Translations under genes and position numbers: made by a program
Assembly: GCA_030704615.1 (NCBI GenBank)
Contig: CM060732.1
Location: 10,850,001 to 10,914,000 of the forward strand
Length of the DNA stretch: 64,000 bases
From: Takakia lepidozioides
Taxonomy: Eukaryota; Plantae; Bryophyta
Direction of reading: 5' to 3'
In this document: one piece after another, positions 63,144-64,000 of the stretch
Layout: each line of letters begins with the position of its first letter
How positions within the stretch are numbered: the first letter of the stretch is position 1
Notes under the pieces: model-generated
Seen by the model: the letters and a program-made list of their open reading frames with translations, nothing else
Database searches by the model: none
Told to the model about the DNA's origin: nothing

Positions 63144-64000
63144 TCACAACGCTGACTCTTCCTCGTCTTCTCCACTACCCTCTTCCTCCCCACTATTACT
63201 AGCACTATCAATCCCATCAATCTCTTCAACATCTAGCCCTATGACCTTTTCCCCATTTACATGAAGTGCATCGATAACAGCAGCATCAGCTGCCAGGACA
63301 TCATCTGAAGACGTCATTGATCCTTGAACGACACTGTCGCCGCTGGCAGCTTCCTGTGTCACCCAATCAAAAAACTCCAGCTCATTTGCAGGCCATTCTA
63401 ACAGGAACGAGTTGTTAACAAAAAACCTGAAACACTGCAAGATATGACTTTTATCACGCCGTATGCCGGAGTCCAACAGCTTGGCAAGCAAAGTGGGCGG
63501 ACGCTTACTAGGGAGCCCCACTCTCTGGTTTCCTCCTTTGCCATCTTTAAGACCTTTATCTCCTGCAGCCTTTCCCCTTGGCCGACGATCATGCACATAA
63601 TGGCATCTGGCTCCCTTTTTGCAAAGACCACGTTGGTGGAAGTAGCAAGGTTGGTCAGAGGTCTTCCGTGGCCCCCTCTTCAACTCTTCTTTTTTAGAAC
63701 TATCAACTATGGATGCTGAACCCGACACTCCTACTGTTGAGATCTCTTCCTGTAACACCTGTGCTCCTTCAGCTACAATATCCCCAGTGCTCACAACCCG
63801 GGGTGCATGGTGCATGGAACCATTCATCACAGCCGAAGACTCAACATTTACATGTGCTACATTGGCTGGCCTCTCTTGCATGGAACCATTCACCACAGCT
63901 GAAGACTCAACATGTACACGTGCTAACTTGGCTGGCTGTTCTTCATCTTCTCTTCCGTCATTTCTCTCCCTGAGTTCGATGTCTTCATTATTGGAACGCT
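63144..64000 (-). CDS. NUFIP1: NUFIP1-like box C/D snoRNP assembly factor with CCCH zinc finger (3' part; continues beyond window)
   Basis: CYFHQRGLCKKGARCHYVH (CCCH) and KRPPTLLAKLLDSGIRRDKSHILQCFRFFVNNSFL, typical of the plant NUFIP C-terminus. Confidence 0.8.
   Translation of the reverse strand, partial: RSNNEDIELRERNDGREDEEQPAKLARVHVESSAVVNGSMQERPANVAHVNVESSAVMNGSMHHAPRVVSTGDIVAEGAQVLQEEISTVGVSGSASIVDSSKKEELKRGPRKTSDQPCYFHQRGLCKKGARCHYVHDRRPRGKAAGDKGLKDGKGGNQRVGLPSKRPPTLLAKLLDSGIRRDKSHILQCFRFFVNNSFLLEWPANELEFFDWVTQEAASGDSVVQGSMTSSDDVLAADAAVIDALHVNGEKVIGLDVEEIDGIDSASNSGEEEGSGEDEEESAL

Overview
Eukaryotic plant genomic DNA, most likely a non-seed land plant (inferred from gene content). 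The left ~19.7 kb is a nest of two copies of one unusual Ty3/gypsy-type retrotransposon family plus a solo LTR. Copy A (1815-12881, 4-bp TSD AGGT) is inserted into the gag of copy B (<1-19683). The family encodes gag - aspartic protease - DNMT3-like C5 cytosine methyltransferase - [conserved UAG-CAA-CCA readthrough-type stop] - RT - RNase H - DDE integrase - PHD finger. Its terminal repeats are not two ordinary LTRs. They are arranged A...B-gc-A-B, i.e. split or circularly permuted LTRs whose integration ends (TGTC...GACA) are joined inside the repeat as a palindrome, GACAgcTGTC. A 13-nt self-priming-type PBS pairs with a hairpin loop in the repeat. The 19.7-34 kb region holds DNA-transposon debris: a CACTA end, an LTR, a Mutator transposase fragment with a convergent Ulp1-protease gene, and MITE-like hairpins. 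The right half holds host genes: MIZ1-like (DUF617), KIC/PBP1-like EF-hand, a copia remnant, a TPR protein, an LRR-only ORF, a core-2/I-branching glycosyltransferase and the 3' part of NUFIP1, with a local duplication of the NUFIP-tail/LRR segment. All calls come from reading the sequence by eye; no searches were run.
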